Assembly (NCBI GenBank): GCA_026418675.1
Contig: JAOAAX010000003.1
Location: 32,491 to 96,490, forward strand
From: Chthoniobacterales bacterium
Lineage (GTDB): Bacteria > Verrucomicrobiota > Verrucomicrobiia > Chthoniobacterales > DYNR01
Direction of reading: 5' to 3'
DNA: 64,000 nucleotides
The translations under genes were made by a program, and so were the position numbers. The number at the start of each line of letters is the position of its first letter. The first letter of the stretch is position 1. The notes beneath the pieces are model-generated. The model searched no databases. It saw nothing but the letters and a program-made list of their open reading frames with translations, and was not told the origin of the DNA. Positions 51,836 through 61,707 of the stretch are shown one piece after another.

Positions 51836-52870
51836 TTGGTGAAAACAATAGCAGCAATTTTGGTAGAGAGCAAGAAACCACTTGTTATAGATGAGGTGGA
51901 AGTTCCAAAATTACGTTTTGGGCAAGTTTTGGTTGATATCCAAGTAACAAGAATTTGTGGTTCACAGATTGGAGAAATTGATGCTGTAAAAGGGCCAGAT
52001 CGTTTCTTGCCACATCTTCTTGGACATGAAGCAGGAGGAGTTGTTTTAGAGGTTGGACCAGAAGTTAATTATGTTCGGCCTGGTGACCGTGTGGTAGTTC
52101 ATTGGAGAGTTGGAAATGGTTTAGAAGCCGGAGGAACAAGTTATCTTTGGAATGGCAAAAAGGTTAATGCTGGAAATGTCACAACTTTTCAGAAATTTTC
52201 AGTTGTTTCAGAAAATCGTGTAACTCGTGTTCCCGATGATACCAGTTTTGATTTATGTGCACTTTTGGCAGATACTATAACAACTGGTTTTGGGGTGATT
52301 AATAATGATGCGAAAGTGAAAATTGGTGAGAGTGTTGTAGTTGTAGGGTGTGGTGGTATTGGGTTGGGAGTTGTGCTTGGAGCTTCGTTAGCTGGAGCTT
52401 TTCCAATAATTGCTGTTGACTTAGATGATAGTAAATTACAGGTGGCAAAACGATATGGAGCAAATTATGGAATTTCGTCTAAGGAAAAAGACTTTCTTTC
52501 CGCTTCAAAGGAAATTTTGGAAGGATTCGCCGATGTAGTAGTTGACTGCACAGGGAGACCAGAAATTTTAGAAAAAGCATTTGAACTAACATCTCCGCAA
52601 GGGCGATGTATTGGCGTGGGAGTGATGCCCTTTGATCATAGGCTATGTATAAATACACTGCCATTGCATTTTGGTAAAATTCTAACTGGTTCTCATGGTG
52701 GATCTAGCAAGCCTGCCAAAGATATACCACGTTACCTAAAAATGATAAGAGCTGGAAAATTTGAAATTTCCGGTTTTGTTTCACATAAATTGCCTTTCGA
52801 GCAAATTAATCAAGGAATTGAACTAATGAGAAAAGGAAAAGTTGTTCATTGTTTGCTTTATTTTAATTAG
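51836..52870 (+). CDS. Zinc-binding medium-chain dehydrogenase/reductase
   Basis: ICGSQ, LGHEAGG, GCGGIG; structural-Zn Cys cluster absent. Confidence 0.88.
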   Translation: MVKTIAAILVESKKPLVIDEVEVPKLRFGQVLVDIQVTRICGSQIGEIDAVKGPDRFLPHLLGHEAGGVVLEVGPEVNYVRPGDRVVVHWRVGNGLEAGGTSYLWNGKKVNAGNVTTFQKFSVVSENRVTRVPDDTSFDLCALLADTITTGFGVINNDAKVKIGESVVVVGCGGIGLGVVLGASLAGAFPIIAVDLDDSKLQVAKRYGANYGISSKEKDFLSASKEILEGFADVVVDCTGRPEILEKAFELTSPQGRCIGVGVMPFDHRLCINTLPLHFGKILTGSHGGSSKPAKDIPRYLKMIRAGKFEISGFVSHKLPFEQINQGIELMRKGKVVHCLLYFN

Positions 52871-52932
52871 TTTAGAGCACAGGTATTAATTTCTTTTATT
52901 TATAAACCTTTTCATTGTTTGAGTGATAATAA

Positions 52933-53934
52933 ATGAACATATTGGTTGTTGGTAGTAATTCGTTTACGGGATCACATATGATAAATTATTTACTAAATGT
53001 AACAGACTTTAATGTATATGCTTTTTCCAGATCAAATGAGTATGATTCTTTATTTTTAGCATATCGGCATCAAAAAAAAGTAAATCTTAAGAGGTTCCAT
53101 TTTTTCCAAGCTGATATCAATAAAGATTTGGAATTTATATGGAATAGAATTGAGGAGATTAAACCTCGCATTATTTTTTACTACGCAGCTCAAGGCGAAG
53201 TAAGGAATAGTTGGAAATGGCCAGAGGATTGGTGGTTAACGAATGCTCTAGGAATTGTTCGTTTTACAAATTTTTTAAAGAATTGTGATTTTTTGCAGAA
53301 ATTCATAATGTGTTCAACACCTGAGGTTTATGGGAATACAAAAAGAAAAATTAAAGAATCGTTTAGTTTTGACCCCAGTACTCCATACGGAGCATCAAAA
53401 CTCGCTGGTGATTTACATTTAAGGTGTTTTTTTAAGAATTATGGTTTTCCCGTAATTTTTACTCGATCATCAAATGTTTATGGTAAACACCAACAGCTTT
53501 ATAGGATTATTCCAAAAACAATTATAAGTTTATTAAAAGGAATAAAAATAACTCTACATAATAATGGGAATACAACTCGTTCATTTGTTCATATTAGTGA
53601 TGTATGTAAAGCTACATTACAAATAATTGAAAAAGGAAAAATAGGTGAAGTCTACCATATTGATAATTACTTGGATAAGCCAATAAAAATTAAGGAATTA
53701 GTAAGGAAAATTTGTAACATCTTAGAAAAGGATTTTGAAAAATGTGTTGAATATTCTAATGAGAATTTTGGACAAGATCAAAGTTATAAGTTAGATTGTC
53801 AAAAAATACAAAATGAGATTGGCTGGTCTCCAAAAATTAGTTTGTTAGAAGGAATTAATGAAGTAGTTAATTGGATTAACTTTAATTGGGAAAATATTAA
53901 AGATTTAAGTACCGAGTATGTTCACAAAAAATAA
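52933..53934 (+). CDS. RmlB-like extended SDR (nucleotide-sugar dehydratase/epimerase family)
   Basis: GSNSFTG, STPEVYG, PSTPYGASK, NVYGKHQ, RSFVHISD. Confidence 0.85.
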   Translation: MNILVVGSNSFTGSHMINYLLNVTDFNVYAFSRSNEYDSLFLAYRHQKKVNLKRFHFFQADINKDLEFIWNRIEEIKPRIIFYYAAQGEVRNSWKWPEDWWLTNALGIVRFTNFLKNCDFLQKFIMCSTPEVYGNTKRKIKESFSFDPSTPYGASKLAGDLHLRCFFKNYGFPVIFTRSSNVYGKHQQLYRIIPKTIISLLKGIKITLHNNGNTTRSFVHISDVCKATLQIIEKGKIGEVYHIDNYLDKPIKIKELVRKICNILEKDFEKCVEYSNENFGQDQSYKLDCQKIQNEIGWSPKISLLEGINEVVNWINFNWENIKDLSTEYVHKK

Positions 53935-55102
53935 TGTAAATTTTGATAAATATTTTTTAATTAAACAATATAATAATAATAAATTATTGGATATAAGTCA
54001 TAATTATTTACAACTTCAATTTAAAAATATTGATATAATATTAGATGAGATTAGAAACTTAGTAATTCGAGGTGATTTTACTTTAGGAGAGAAGGTTCAT
54101 GAATTTGAAGACAAGATTTGTAAAAGGGTTGGCTCAAAATTTTGTGTTGGTGTCGGTAGTGGAACTGATGCTATAACGCTTGGGTTGAAAGCATGTGGAG
54201 TTGGTTTCGGTGATGAAGTTATTACTACCCCTTATACATTTTTTGGAACAATTGGAGGAATATACAATTGTGGGGCTGAGCCTGTTTTTGCAGACGTGGG
54301 GACTGATTTCAATATTGACCCTGAGGAAATTGAAAAAAAGGTTACAACTAAAACCAAGGCTATCGTTCCAGTTCACTGGGCTGGTTTAATTTGTGAAATG
54401 GACAAAATAAAAAATATTGCAATTAAATATAATTTAAAAATTGTTGAAGATGCGTGTCATTGTATTGATGCTAGAAAAGATGGATTCCATGCTGGATTGT
54501 TTGGAGATGTTGGATGTTTTAGCCTGCACCCATTAAAAAACCTGAATGTATGGGGCGATGGTGGTTTTATCATTACAAATAATGAAGAAATTTATGAAAA
54601 GTTATTGCTTTTGAGAAATCATGGTCAAAAAAATAGAAATGAAATTGAAATAATTGGACATAATTCTAGACTTGATTCAATACAAGCAATAGTCGCAATT
54701 TATGTTATGGACAACCTTTTAGATAATATTACAAAAAGAAGAATTGAAAATTCTAAATATTTAACAACCAAATTAACAAATTGTATTGATAGTGAAATTA
54801 TTTCTTGCCCTGTTAGTGATGGTTCGAATAAACATGTATATCATTTATATTGCTTACGAATAAAAAAGAAACGAGATGAGTTGCTGAATTTTTTATTAAA
54901 CAATAAAATTGATGCTAAAGTTCACTATCCGATACCAATGCATTTGCAAAAGCCATTTATAAAAAAATATAAATTAGGCGATTTCCCAATTGCTGAAATG
55001 CTCTGTAAAGAAGAGCTTTCTTTGCCAGTGCATGAATTCATAACAGAAGAACATCTCGATACTATTGTTGAGAAAATAAGGGTATTCTTTTCTTTACATT
55101 AA
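53918..55102 (+). CDS. DegT/DnrJ/EryC1/StrS PLP-dependent sugar aminotransferase
   Basis: GSGTDA, PVHWAG, EDACH, SLHPLKNL, RLDSIQA. Confidence 0.92.
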   Translation: MFTKNNVNFDKYFLIKQYNNNKLLDISHNYLQLQFKNIDIILDEIRNLVIRGDFTLGEKVHEFEDKICKRVGSKFCVGVGSGTDAITLGLKACGVGFGDEVITTPYTFFGTIGGIYNCGAEPVFADVGTDFNIDPEEIEKKVTTKTKAIVPVHWAGLICEMDKIKNIAIKYNLKIVEDACHCIDARKDGFHAGLFGDVGCFSLHPLKNLNVWGDGGFIITNNEEIYEKLLLLRNHGQKNRNEIEIIGHNSRLDSIQAIVAIYVMDNLLDNITKRRIENSKYLTTKLTNCIDSEIISCPVSDGSNKHVYHLYCLRIKKKRDELLNFLLNNKIDAKVHYPIPMHLQKPFIKKYKLGDFPIAEMLCKEELSLPVHEFITEEHLDTIVEKIRVFFSLH

Positions 55103-56214
55103 TGATTAATATTCCTTTTGTAGATTTGTCAAGACAGTATAAGAAATATCAACTTCAAATTAATAAAAAAATTCAGGAAGTTTTAAATAGTGGTAATTAC
55201 ATTTTGGGCCAGAATTTGAATTATTTTGAGCAGAACTTTTCTCATTATTGTGGTGTAAAATATTGTTTAGGTGTTGCGAGTGGATCTGATGCATTAACTC
55301 TATCTTTAAAGGCGATTGGAGTTAGTGAGGGAGATGAAGTTTTACTTCCTGCACAAAGTTTTATTGCTACTGCATGGACAGTTGTAAATTTAGGAGCTAA
55401 ACCTGTCTTTGTTGATGTTGATAATGATAATAATATTGATATTAATGACTTAAATACAAAAGTAACGGAAAAAACAAAAGCTATCATACCAGTTCATTTA
55501 TATGGTAAGGTTTCTAGAATAGAAGAAATAGTTAGCATAGCCAAGAAATTTAATTTACATGTAATAGAAGATTCTGCTCAAGCTGTTGGTTCTTTAAAAT
55601 ACGGTAAGAAAGCCGGTAGTTTTGGGGTATGTTCAGCCTTTAGCTTTCATCCTCTTAAAGTTTTACATGCTTATGGTGATGCAGGGGCTGTTCTTACAAA
55701 TGATGAAAATATCTATGGTTTGATTTTAAAATTGCGTAATCATGGATTAATTAATAGAGATGAATGTGAAGTCTGGGGAATTAATTCAAGATTAGATGAA
55801 ATTCAAGCTGCTATTTTAAATTTTAAACTTAATTTCTTAGAAGATATTATATTAAAAAATATTAAGATTGCTAACTTCTATATTCATAACTTGAGTGATA
55901 TTAAAGAAATAAAACTTCCTGTTTATGATCAGGGGAATGAAAGACCAAATTTCCATCGTTTTGTGATACAATGTGAAGAGAGAGACGGGCTAATCAAGTA
56001 TTTGTTTAATAATGGTATAGAAACTAAAATTCATTATCCAATTTTAATTCCTTTTCAAAAATGTTGTCAATATTTAAATTATAAACCAGGTGATTTTCCG
56101 AATGCTGAAAGACTTTCCAAACGAATATTATCTTTGCCTCTATTTCCTGAAATGAAGGATGAAGAAATTGAATATGTTGTAAAAGTAATAAGAAATTTCT
56201 ATAATTATAATTAA
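55102..56214 (+). CDS. DegT/DnrJ/EryC1/StrS PLP-dependent sugar aminotransferase
   Basis: ASGSDAL, PVHLYG, EDSAQA, SFHPLKVL, RLDEIQAA. Confidence 0.93.
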   Translation: MINIPFVDLSRQYKKYQLQINKKIQEVLNSGNYILGQNLNYFEQNFSHYCGVKYCLGVASGSDALTLSLKAIGVSEGDEVLLPAQSFIATAWTVVNLGAKPVFVDVDNDNNIDINDLNTKVTEKTKAIIPVHLYGKVSRIEEIVSIAKKFNLHVIEDSAQAVGSLKYGKKAGSFGVCSAFSFHPLKVLHAYGDAGAVLTNDENIYGLILKLRNHGLINRDECEVWGINSRLDEIQAAILNFKLNFLEDIILKNIKIANFYIHNLSDIKEIKLPVYDQGNERPNFHRFVIQCEERDGLIKYLFNNGIETKIHYPILIPFQKCCQYLNYKPGDFPNAERLSKRILSLPLFPEMKDEEIEYVVKVIRNFYNYN

Positions 56215-56218
56215 TAAT

Positions 56219-57037
56219 ATGAATCTGTATGAATTGTCTAAAAATATAAAATTTAAAATAATTCAAATGTCATATAATGCTAAAACTCCCCATCTTTCTT
56301 CTGCAATCTCAAGTGTCGAGTTATTAGTTGCTGCATATTGGAATTTTTTGAGAATTAATCCTAAAAATTTTAATGATGATTTGAGAGATAGATTTATTTT
56401 TAGCAAAGGTCACGCAGCCCCTGCCCTTTATGTAGTTTTAGCAAAACGAGGCTTTTTTTCAGAAGATCTACTAGAAAGTTTTGGAAAACCAGGTGGAACT
56501 TTACCTGAGCAACCTGCCCCAAATTGTGTGCCAGGTGTTGAGTTAGCAACTGGGTCGTTGGGGCATGGTTTACCTGTGGGCTGCGGTCTGGCTTTGGCAG
56601 CAAAAATTAAAGGATTGGATTATTTTACAATGGTTTTAATGAGTGATGGTGAATGTAATGAGGGTTCGGTTTGGGAGGCTGCAATGTTTGCCGCTGCTAG
56701 GGAACTTAATAATTTGATTGTAGTCATTGATTTTAATAAGTGGCAAGCAACTGGACGAAGTGAAGAGATTATGGCATTAAGTCCTCTGCGAGAAAAGTGG
56801 GAATCCTTTGGATGGAGAGCTTGTGAGGTTGATGGCCACAACATTGAGGCTATAACAGAGGCCATGCATAAAGCACGAGAATTATCCAACAAACCCTTTG
56901 CAATAATTGCCCATACCGTTAAAGGAAAGGGAATTTCCTTTATGGAAGACGATAACAATTGGCATTATAGGATACCAAATGCCGATGAGGTAGAAAAAGC
57001 TCGGCGTGAATTATTCCAGGAGAACATATTTGTATGA
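56219..57037 (+). CDS. Transketolase-like protein, N-terminal ThDP-binding subunit
   Basis: RDRFIFSKGHA, TGSLGHG, SDGECNEGSVWEA...N, TVKGKG, WH. Confidence 0.93.
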   Translation: MNLYELSKNIKFKIIQMSYNAKTPHLSSAISSVELLVAAYWNFLRINPKNFNDDLRDRFIFSKGHAAPALYVVLAKRGFFSEDLLESFGKPGGTLPEQPAPNCVPGVELATGSLGHGLPVGCGLALAAKIKGLDYFTMVLMSDGECNEGSVWEAAMFAAARELNNLIVVIDFNKWQATGRSEEIMALSPLREKWESFGWRACEVDGHNIEAITEAMHKARELSNKPFAIIAHTVKGKGISFMEDDNNWHYRIPNADEVEKARRELFQENIFV

Positions 57038-57957
57038 GAAATGCTTTTGCAAAAGAAGTTACATTATTAGCGAATCAAGATGAAAATATAATTTTATTAA
57101 GTGGTGATATTGGCAATAAACTTTTTGATGAACTACGGAACTCTCATCCTAATCGGTTTTATAACTGTGGTGTTGCGGAAGCTAATATGATTGGGGTAGC
57201 TGCTGGACTTGCTATGTGCGGATTTCGCCCCATTTGCTATACGATTGCTCCTTTTTTAACTTATAGGGTAATAGAACAAATACGAGTAGATTTATGTTAT
57301 CATTTTTTATCCGTTCTACTGGTGGGAACCGGTGCTGGTTTGGCTTATGCATCTTTGGGACCAACTCACCATTCATGTGAAGAGGTAGGTATGCTTCGCT
57401 TACTGCCGGATATCAGGATTTTTGCACCGGCAGATTCAATAGAATTGCGGGCAATTTTGAGATATTGTATTAACAAAGCCGGACCTAAGTATATGAGAAT
57501 TGGTAAGAAAGGAGAGCCTGATGTGCATACCAAAGAGATAAAAATTTTAGAGGAGCCTACATCATTTCTTTTGCGCCAGGGAAAAGACGTTGCAATTCTT
57601 GCTTGCGGTTCAATTTTATCGGAGTGTTTAAATTCTGCTGAGTTGTTAGAAAAAAAAGGTTTGCAAGCTGAAATATGGAGTTGTCCCTGCATAAAACCTT
57701 TGGATGAAAAATTATTAGATAAAGTTTTTAAAACATTCTCTACCGTTGTTACAGTGGAAGAGCATTCTTACCTAGGCGGATTTGGAAGTGCTGTTGCAGA
57801 ATGGTTATGTAAAATGAAGATTGAAAAACCTAAATTAATAACCATAGGGACACCTGACGAATTCTATCATGAAATTGCTGATCAACATTTAGCACGAAAA
57901 AATTTAGGAATAGATGCTGAAAGCATTACGTCAAAAATATTAAAAAACCTAAATTAA
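57034..57957 (+). CDS. Transketolase-like protein, C-terminal subunit
   Basis: MRNAF, GVAEANMIGVAAGLA, LGPTHH, VEEHSYLGGFGSAV; ATGA-coupled to the N subunit. Confidence 0.93.
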   Translation: MRNAFAKEVTLLANQDENIILLSGDIGNKLFDELRNSHPNRFYNCGVAEANMIGVAAGLAMCGFRPICYTIAPFLTYRVIEQIRVDLCYHFLSVLLVGTGAGLAYASLGPTHHSCEEVGMLRLLPDIRIFAPADSIELRAILRYCINKAGPKYMRIGKKGEPDVHTKEIKILEEPTSFLLRQGKDVAILACGSILSECLNSAELLEKKGLQAEIWSCPCIKPLDEKLLDKVFKTFSTVVTVEEHSYLGGFGSAVAEWLCKMKIEKPKLITIGTPDEFYHEIADQHLARKNLGIDAESITSKILKNLN

Positions 57958-58080
57958 AAATTTATTTTAATTAAAAGAATAAAAATTTTAAAAATTATTT
58001 TTTTGAATTTTACTTATTTATTAAAATATTTTTAATAAAAAGCAATCCTGGTAATAGATCATAAGCTTTTTTAAAAGCAG

Positions 58081-58671
58081 ATGATAATCGGTGTGGATTT
58101 AGATAACACTATTATAAGTTTTGATTCAATTTTTTTCAAGGTGGCATATGAGGAAGGATTAATATCTAATGAAATTCCCAAGAAAAAAAATGTCGTAAGA
58201 GACGAATTAAGGCGTAGGGGATTAGAAAAAGAATGGATAAGATTACAGGGGATCGTTTATGGCAAGAGAATCATTGAAGCTGAAGTTTTTGAAGGTTTTG
58301 AGGAATTTTGTGAAGAGGCTTGCGGTAGAGGACATCGTCTTGTTATTATTAGCCACAAAACGCGATTTCCTTTTATAGGTGATAAAGTTGATTTACATCA
58401 ATCAGCTCGAAATTGGATATGTGATAAGCTATTTTATAAAAAGGGCTTAATTCAATTATCTGATGTTTATTTTGAGCTTACAAAAGCAGAAAAAATAAAT
58501 AGAATTTGTAATGTCGGGTGTGAATTTTTTATTGATGATTTACCTGAAATTTTAGAGGATCAAGCTTTTCCGGTGAATATAAAAAAAATCCTTTTCGACT
58601 CTGAAAGAAGATTTAAAAAAACATATGCTGTTGTTAACACCTGGAGTGAGGTTCTGCAATATATAAAATAA
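58081..58671 (+). CDS. HAD-superfamily hydrolase/phosphatase
   Basis: IGVDLDNTI (DxD), ISHK, FIDDLPE. Confidence 0.8.
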   Translation: MIIGVDLDNTIISFDSIFFKVAYEEGLISNEIPKKKNVVRDELRRRGLEKEWIRLQGIVYGKRIIEAEVFEGFEEFCEEACGRGHRLVIISHKTRFPFIGDKVDLHQSARNWICDKLFYKKGLIQLSDVYFELTKAEKINRICNVGCEFFIDDLPEILEDQAFPVNIKKILFDSERRFKKTYAVVNTWSEVLQYIK

Positions 58672-58804
58672 CAACTAAATAAAAATTTAAATAATATAGA
58701 TTTATAATATGCTATGAAAGTTCTATTTTAAATTGTGATGCGTTATAAAGTTAATTTATAAAAATTATTTTTTGAACAAATAACACTGCGGTATTTAATA
58801 TAAT

Positions 58805-59782
58805 TTGAAAAACGAAACCACAGATGATGACGTCAATGAAATTGCCAAATTTTTATTGGGATCAGATAACTATGAAATTTATCCGCTTCATTCCGGAGGA
58901 AATAACAGCATATTTATTGCAAAAAGAGAAAAAATAAAGATAGTAATTAAAAAATACTTTCGTGATTTGAGAGATAAACGCGATCGTTATGATACGGAAA
59001 AAAAATTTTATCTACTCGAACTAGAAAATACACCAAAAAGTCTTTTTTGGAATGATCAAAAAAAAATTGCTGCATTTGAATACATTGAAGGAAATATACC
59101 TAATGAGGTTACCTCCGATGATATTCAAAACATTGTAAAATGGATATGTTATATTCAAAAAAAACGGGATTCTTTTGTGGCAAAAGAAATATCATTGGCT
59201 TCAGATGCATGTTTGTCAATTCGTGATCACATATTTTCGCTTAAAAGAAGAATTGACAAACTACTGAATGGGAATTTAAAACACAAAGGTTTCATGGATT
59301 TTTTTCAAAATGAGCTTTACCCGAAAGCTCAAAAAATTATTAATTTTGTAGAAAAAAGCTTTTCTAGCAAACTTGATTACAAAATAGTCGAAAATTATCA
59401 AATTTTGTCTCCTTCAGACTTTGGTTATCACAATATTCTTAAAGGCAAAGATAACAAGTTATGGTTTTTTGATTTTGAATATTCTGGGTGGGATGATCCC
59501 GCTAAGTTAATTTGTGATTTTTTTTGTCAGCCGCAGGTTTCTGTCCCTTTAGGGTTTTCAGAGAATTTTATTAATGCCCTCGTTGAATTTACTGGGGATA
59601 AGGAAATTGCCAACCGTTTTGAAATTTTGTATCCTTTACATCAAGTTAAGTGGGCCTGTATTTTGTTAAACGAATTTTCGCATTCTGGAGCTGCAAGAAG
59701 GAAATTTGCTAAAAAAATTATAAATTTGGATAATCAATTGACTAAAGCAAAAAAATTGCTTTGTCAAATAAAAACATTTTAA
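58805..59782 (+). CDS. Aminoglycoside-phosphotransferase/choline-kinase-like kinase
   Basis: SGGNN loop, VIKKY, SPSDFGYHNIL, FDFEYSGWDDP. Confidence 0.8.
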   Translation: MKNETTDDDVNEIAKFLLGSDNYEIYPLHSGGNNSIFIAKREKIKIVIKKYFRDLRDKRDRYDTEKKFYLLELENTPKSLFWNDQKKIAAFEYIEGNIPNEVTSDDIQNIVKWICYIQKKRDSFVAKEISLASDACLSIRDHIFSLKRRIDKLLNGNLKHKGFMDFFQNELYPKAQKIINFVEKSFSSKLDYKIVENYQILSPSDFGYHNILKGKDNKLWFFDFEYSGWDDPAKLICDFFCQPQVSVPLGFSENFINALVEFTGDKEIANRFEILYPLHQVKWACILLNEFSHSGAARRKFAKKIINLDNQLTKAKKLLCQIKTF

Positions 59783-59806
59783 TTTCTATTTTTATTTTAA
59801 TTTAAA

Positions 59807-60478
59807 TTGATTATGGGTTGTTTAAAAAATTATATTACAAAATTACATCAATCAACAAAACGGGATTATCTCAAAAGAATGTGCGACTCCAAAGTTGAGT
59901 GCATGAAAATTGCAAGGCAATATGGATATGACTATTGGGATGGAGATAGAAAATATGGCTATGGCGGATATTCTTATATTCCTGGTAGGTGGAAAAGTGT
60001 TGCTGAAAATCTTATTAAAGATTACCAACTAGCAGATGGAATGAATATATTGGAAATTGGATGTGGTAAAGGTTTCTTATTGTATGAAATGCAATTATTA
60101 ATGCCTTCTTTAAATCTTTATGGATTGGATATATCTGAATATGCCATTAAAAATGCACATCCTAAATTAAAAGCTACTTTTTTCGTAGGTAACGCTAATG
60201 ATCTTCATATTTTTAATGATAAAATGTTTAATTTAATAATTTCGATTAATACTTTACATAATTTACCATTACATGAAATTGAGAGATCACTTAATGAAAT
60301 TGATAGGGTAGGGGATAAAGCATACATTGTGGTGGAAAGTTTTCGAAACGAACAGGAATTGTTCAATCTTCAATGTTGGGCTTTAACTGCAGAAAGTTTT
60401 TTTCGTCCGGAAACGTGGATTTATTTGTTTAATAAAAAAAGCATAAATATAGACTATGAATTTATATTTTTTGAATAA
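59807..60478 (+). CDS. Class I SAM-dependent methyltransferase
   Basis: ILEIGCGKGF, GLDISEYA, SINTLHNL; N-terminal YWDGDRKYGYGGY. Confidence 0.9.
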   Translation: MIMGCLKNYITKLHQSTKRDYLKRMCDSKVECMKIARQYGYDYWDGDRKYGYGGYSYIPGRWKSVAENLIKDYQLADGMNILEIGCGKGFLLYEMQLLMPSLNLYGLDISEYAIKNAHPKLKATFFVGNANDLHIFNDKMFNLIISINTLHNLPLHEIERSLNEIDRVGDKAYIVVESFRNEQELFNLQCWALTAESFFRPETWIYLFNKKSINIDYEFIFFE

Positions 60479-60500
60479 AACTTAAATTAATAATTTTTAT

Positions 60501-61085
60501 ATGAAAATTGCATACTTAACAAATCAAAATGCAGATTTTAAATATTTAATACCTAATTTTATATCCTCACATAAAATTGAATGTGAAATTATTACTGAGA
60601 AAGTATCATTGGAAACACTTGTAAATTTGAAAATTGACTATATAATAAGTGATAGATTTAAATTTTTATTGACACCTGAAATTTGTAGATATTATGACGG
60701 GAGAGCTCTTAATTTACATGGTTCAATTTGCCCTAATTGTAGAGGCTATTATCCAATACTTTGGACAGTAATTGAAAAAAAGCCTATGGGTGGCACCATT
60801 TTTTATATTGATGAAGGGATTGACACTGGTGATATATTACAACAATTTGAAATAGAATATACTGATAATGACACATTGAGAAGTTGCTGGATTAGAGTTC
60901 AGATGGGTATGTATGAGGGATTGTTTAAGTATTGGAATGATTTTCTTAATTTAAAAGCTCCTAGAAAAAGGCAGGTTGGTTTTGGAACATTGCATTACAA
61001 AAAGGAATTTGAGAATGTCAAAGATTTACTAACAAATGGATGGGATACAAAGATAAAAGATATTTATAAATTACTAAACAAATAA
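60501..61085 (+). CDS. Formyltransferase (N10-formyl-THF dependent), probable sugar N-formyltransferase
   Basis: NLHGSICPNCRG, IDEGIDTGDI; short single-domain form inside a sugar cluster. Confidence 0.85.
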   Translation: MKIAYLTNQNADFKYLIPNFISSHKIECEIITEKVSLETLVNLKIDYIISDRFKFLLTPEICRYYDGRALNLHGSICPNCRGYYPILWTVIEKKPMGGTIFYIDEGIDTGDILQQFEIEYTDNDTLRSCWIRVQMGMYEGLFKYWNDFLNLKAPRKRQVGFGTLHYKKEFENVKDLLTNGWDTKIKDIYKLLNK

Positions 61086-61672
61086 AAAAGATAACAATCC
61101 TTTAAAAAAACTATATTTATAGATAGTTTAATAAATAATATTCGATTTCTTTTGTTTAAATAAAAAATTTAAAGATTTAAAGTGGTGTGACTTAATTGAA
61201 TAAATAAATTACTCTGAAAAATCTACAAAAAAATTCACGTTTTTTAATCCATAAAAAATATAACGATGTTATATAACAAAAGATAATATGTTTAAGAAAT
61301 GATTTATTAATTCCCCACACAAGCAAATAGGAATTAGAGAATGATAATTTTAGTTTTCCTTGATACAATGAAAAAATGTTATTATAAAGAATTATGTTTC
61401 AAAAAAAAGATTTTTTTTTGCGAAATTATTTCATACATCAATATGGCATTTAGCTGATTCTTTATCTATGGACGTAATTTTTTTGAAACTATTGATTGTC
61501 CATATCATCTAAAAAAGTAATTTTTTTGTAACTACTAATAGAATGTTATGATAAACCAAAAAATATGAATTTATCTTGCAAAATTGGTTTAAAAAAATAG
61601 TCAAATTTTTATGTTTTCTATAATAGAATAAAAAGAATAAAAAAATAAAAAAATAAATTTTATAAATTGTGA

Positions 61673-61696
61673 TTTATAAATTTATAAATTTATAAA
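61673..61696. repeat. Three tandem copies of the palindromic octamer TTTATAAA
   Basis: Copies at 61673-61680, 61681-61688 and 61689-61696, with one more at 61659-61666. Confidence 0.7.
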
Positions 61697-61707
61697 TTAA
61701 TTCTTAT

